Assembly (NCBI GenBank): GCA_051294375.1
Contig: JBJCIZ010001373.1
Coordinates: 1-9,741 of the forward strand
Source: Paraspadella gotoi
Taxonomy: Eukaryota; Animalia; Chaetognatha
Direction of reading: 5' to 3'
Length of the DNA stretch: 9,741 bases
This document shows positions 7,612 to 9,741 of the stretch, piece by piece; positions within the stretch are counted from its first letter, which is position 1, and every line of letters starts with the position of its first letter. The notes beneath the pieces are model-generated. The model saw only the letters and a list, made by a program, of their open reading frames with translations, did no database searches and was not told where the DNA came from. The translations under genes were made by a program, and so were the position numbers.

Positions 7612-9508
7612 CGCTGATAATATCGATGCTCTTTTTTATATTGTGTTCATAATACATGTATTCTCGTAATGGACTTTTGTTTTTTCTTGCTTGAAGCTTC
7701 TTATCAGATGGCGTTGTTGTTGTTTTGTTAAAAATGGCGTCGCCGATTCACGCTTCCAGACGAAGAAGAGGAGAACCAACATGTTGGTCGTCGCCGTCGT
7801 TTTAATTCTTTATAAAGTTTTCTGTTCGATAAAATTTCTCACCGAGGAATGAGCTTAAAACAAAAGGGAACAGAAATGGCGATTTACTCATGTTCTGTCC
7901 TTATATTTTTATTTGAATCGAAACATCCCACGCGAGATTCATCTGTCGGGGGAGAAAAATCGATGGGCTACCAGCCACCCTGATCTTCGTGACCCCACAG
8001 TACGCTACTCTTTGTCTTTCGGTTCCACCTTCCCCTCCTCACCAACATCACTTCCATCCCTTCCAGTAGACTCCGTCCCCATCCACCAACCGCCTTAGCG
8101 TCCCATCGCACCCACGCCCACCTCACGGCCAACGGTCCGCGCAACGCGAGCCGCGCCCCCACCCCGCAAAGTCAAGGAGAAGGGAAGAGAAAGGGCGCGT
8201 TTCCGCACAGACGTGTACTTTGCCCGACTTTGCTTCAGCCCCGTCCCCAACCTCCTCAGTACGCGGGCATCTTTCAGCCCCTCGCCCCTGTCCAATTCCG
8301 TATCGACATGCAGGATCTCCTTGGCACCTCCCCGCTCGGCCCTCTGGACCTGGTCAACAGGGTTGTCCCCCGAGACCCCCTCGCCTACTCCCTCGATCCC
8401 CGCGTGCTCCGTCGCGGGGATTCCTTCCAGGCCAGTCGTTCGGAAACCCGTTCAGAGAGGTGATGATGCTTACGATGACCGACACTTGACGATCTTTTTC
8501 GCGAGTTGCGTGTTTTTTTTTTTCTTGTTTGCGCGGCGCGGTAGTTATTTTTGTGCCGTGCTTGACGCTTCTCTCTTTCTTTGTTTATTTTTTTTCTCTT
8601 TTATATTTCCTTACTATGTATTAGTTAATTTTTCTATGATCGTTCTTAAGTTCCATCTTTTACTTGCTGAATTCCCTTGTTTTTTTTTCTTCTCCACTCT
8701 TTTCGATTCTTTATTTGTACTATTTCTTCCTTCTTAATTTCTTTTTCTTTTTTCTTTCCTTTTCATTTCTTCTTTCCCCTCGAGTCATCGCTCTCCGGTT
8801 TGGCATAGTTGATTATTGTTGGGTCCTCGATTTCGTAGCAGCTTTTTAAAACGATGTGTCGTGCTTCGGTTGGCTCGCGCCGCTGTTTGTTTATAAATTT
8901 TATGTCGTTGCGTTTAATTTCGATATGGTTTTTTCGGCTGGATTTTAGTGTTTCAACTATAAATAAAATTCCTTTTTTTTTTGTCAACATTTTTTTATAA
9001 ATCATAAAAATAGTGCATTTACGTTTGGTAGTTTGCAACGCCATCTCCTGTTTTTAAGTAGTAAATTCTCCTCCTCTATCCATTCACTTACAGATCCATC
9101 ACGTACTGTTAATACACTCTAAAATTCTAGATTTATTTCCTAAAAAAAAAACATTCATCTAACCCTCGACAATAATTAATCGTGGTTCAAATCCTTTAAT
9201 ACGTTACCCTTCGTCTTTACCCCTTCGTCTCTTCTGTCTGGTCTTTTAACGTTTTCTCTCTCTCCTGCCAGTTTGTTTCCCGCTTTTTTAAAACCAAAAC
9301 CGAAAACCCCCCAAAACATCGCCCCAACTCAACCCAAACCCGCGGCCTTTCAAACCTCCTTTCTCCCCGCATCTTCATCCTTCGACTTCCCTCTCAGTGG
9401 ACGAACTCAATGCATGAGGTGGACGAGATCGCTCTCGGGCGCGGGCGGACGATCCGCCTCGCCCGCGGTCAGTTGTGCCCCGTGGAATATGTGATCTGGG
9501 GCTGGCAG
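3967..9508 (+). CDS. VCL: Vinculin gene, partial and multi-exon (head D3-D4 plus proline-rich hinge); many single-base indels in this sequence
   Basis: The frame-corrected spliced translation gives GHTPEARALA..ESMxEALVQQIADDFIDITTPLKHLADAAHAPPTEPNRAEIFQ|[65 protein letters not shown]..|AKTETAI..GVVNSTSSIARKANRVLQVANQEAENSED..|TISPxIQDAKVLA..WRQANSALVSAVRGVRQAV..PPxPDLxQLSLE. This is colinear with human vinculin as I recall it ([80 protein letters not shown]). Introns are GT-AG with matching phases. The end coordinate includes lower-confidence hinge exons. Confidence 0.93.
5364..5506 (+). CDS. VCL: Vinculin exon B (D3)
   Basis: Acceptor tctttctccaag|GAA and donor CAG|gtgaga. Reads [46 protein letters not shown] with about 3 indels. 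It ends in the conserved (E/L)xTPQ motif, phase 0 at both ends. Confidence 0.9.
5579..5760. repeat. Imperfect (TTTCC)n pentanucleotide repeat filling most of intron B
   Basis: tttcctttcctttcc... is directly visible. Confidence 0.93.
5826..6009 (+). CDS. VCL: Vinculin exon C (D3/D4 junction)
   Basis: Acceptor catttacattag|GTG and donor ACGG|gttagt. Reads [51 protein letters not shown]. The phase-1 G joins CC of the next exon to give Ala. Confidence 0.92.
6399..6579 (+). CDS. VCL: Vinculin exon D (D4)
   Basis: Long polypyrimidine tract, then atattcag|CC; donor GCCA|gtgagg. Reads KTETAIGQGDSLGVVNSTSSIARKANRVLQVANQEAENSEDQAFVDRVQRAYSQLRA after about 8 indels, mostly in homopolymer runs. The SIARxANRVL and ENSED signatures are vinculin-specific. 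Confidence 0.93.
6900..7092 (+). CDS. VCL: Vinculin exon E (end of D4, start of proline-rich hinge)
   Basis: Acceptor ctccccttgacag|CC (A+CC = Thr) and donor GAAG|gttggt. Reads TISP-IQD-AKVLAVHIRD..VEKWRQANSALVSAVRGVRQAV..PP..PP-PDL-QLSLE. Confidence 0.9.
7111..7186. repeat. (GA)n microsatellite
   Basis: gagagaga... begins about 18 nt after the exon E donor. Confidence 0.97.
7494..7611. repeat. Imperfect (GA)n microsatellite
   Basis: About 118 nt of GA dinucleotide repeat with a few interruptions. Confidence 0.97.
7760..7786 (+). CDS. Candidate 27-nt acidic hinge microexon, (D)EEEENQHV
   Basis: Boundaries are cacgcttccag|AC GAA GAA GAG GAG AAC CAA CAT GTT G|gtcgtc. Phase 1-1 and frame-preserving after exon E. 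The donor is weak. Confidence 0.45.
8067..8459 (+). CDS. Candidate large proline-rich hinge exon of vinculin
   Basis: GC-rich island with acceptor ttccatcccttccag|tag (NAGNAG) and donor AGAG|gtgatg. The start reads (V)DSVPIHQPP..PRPP..PRPPP (indels needed). An uninterrupted block at 8233-8430 reads LQPRPQPPQYAGIFQPLAPVQFRIDMQDLLGTSPLGPLDLVNRVVPRDPLAYSLDPRVLRRGDSFQ, with C/G-ending codons like the confirmed exons. It could be two exons. Confidence 0.6.
9094..9102 (+). CDS. Candidate 9-nt microexon, (D)PS
   Basis: Strong pyrimidine tract ttctcctcctctatccattcacttacag|ATCCATCAC|gtactg. Phase 1-1 and frame-preserving. Confidence 0.35.
9398..9508 (+). CDS. Candidate vinculin hinge exon (acidic + PPRP)
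   Basis: Acceptor cttccctctcag|TG, donor GCAG|gtgacc, 111 nt, phase 1-1. The indel-corrected reading is approximately (V/L)DELNDEVDEIALARADDPPRPxSVVPVEYVDLGLA. Confidence 0.65.
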
Positions 9509-9741
9509 GTGACCTCCCTCACCCGCCCCCCGCTTGTTCGATCGTCCGTCTTCACGCTCTTTAAGAGAAAGTTCTTCTTTCCCGCGAGATTTTTTGTCGC
9601 TCGCCTCTGTCGGAGTGATAACGGAAGTGGAGATGAAACAAATTCAAATTTTTTATATTTAAGTAGTATTTAATTTTGCTTAAGTTTTCGTCTTAAATCT
9701 CGGACATAGATTGGCAAAACCTCGGGAACCTAATATATCAC

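Noticed and set aside
6877-7657. ORFs with (ER)n or (SL)n tracts
   Set aside because: They are translations of GA microsatellites plus shifted frames of exon E.
1-9741. CRISPR array, prokaryotic operon, tRNA/rRNA, transposase or alternative genetic code
   Set aside because: I found no repeat-spacer periodicity, RNA-gene signatures or transposase motifs. The broken frames are explained by indels, not by stop-codon reassignment.

Overview
This is eukaryotic (invertebrate animal-like) genomic DNA, not prokaryotic: AT-rich introns with microsatellites, interrupted by GC-rich GT-AG exons on the + strand. Five exons (3967-4155, 5364-5506, 5826-6009, 6399-6579, 6900-7092) encode the middle of a vinculin: the second half of head domain D3, all of D4, and the start of the proline-rich hinge. 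The protein is only readable after correcting roughly 25-30 single-base indels (hand count), which is why the ORF track misses it. Splice sites and exon phases are intact, so the indels are most likely uncorrected long-read errors rather than pseudogene decay. Downstream are several candidate phase-1 exons and microexons (7760-7786, 8067-8459, 9094-9102, 9398-9508) that would form a much longer, modular hinge than in vertebrate vinculin; the tail domain is not reached in this window. The first ~4 kb has no recognisable vinculin sequence but holds exon-like GC islands, a candidate 3-nt microexon and a long fold-back. The introns contain many hairpins and a motif repeated next to two donors. I see no evidence for a new microbial-type system. 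The best leads are uncharacterised vinculin isoform architecture and splicing regulation.
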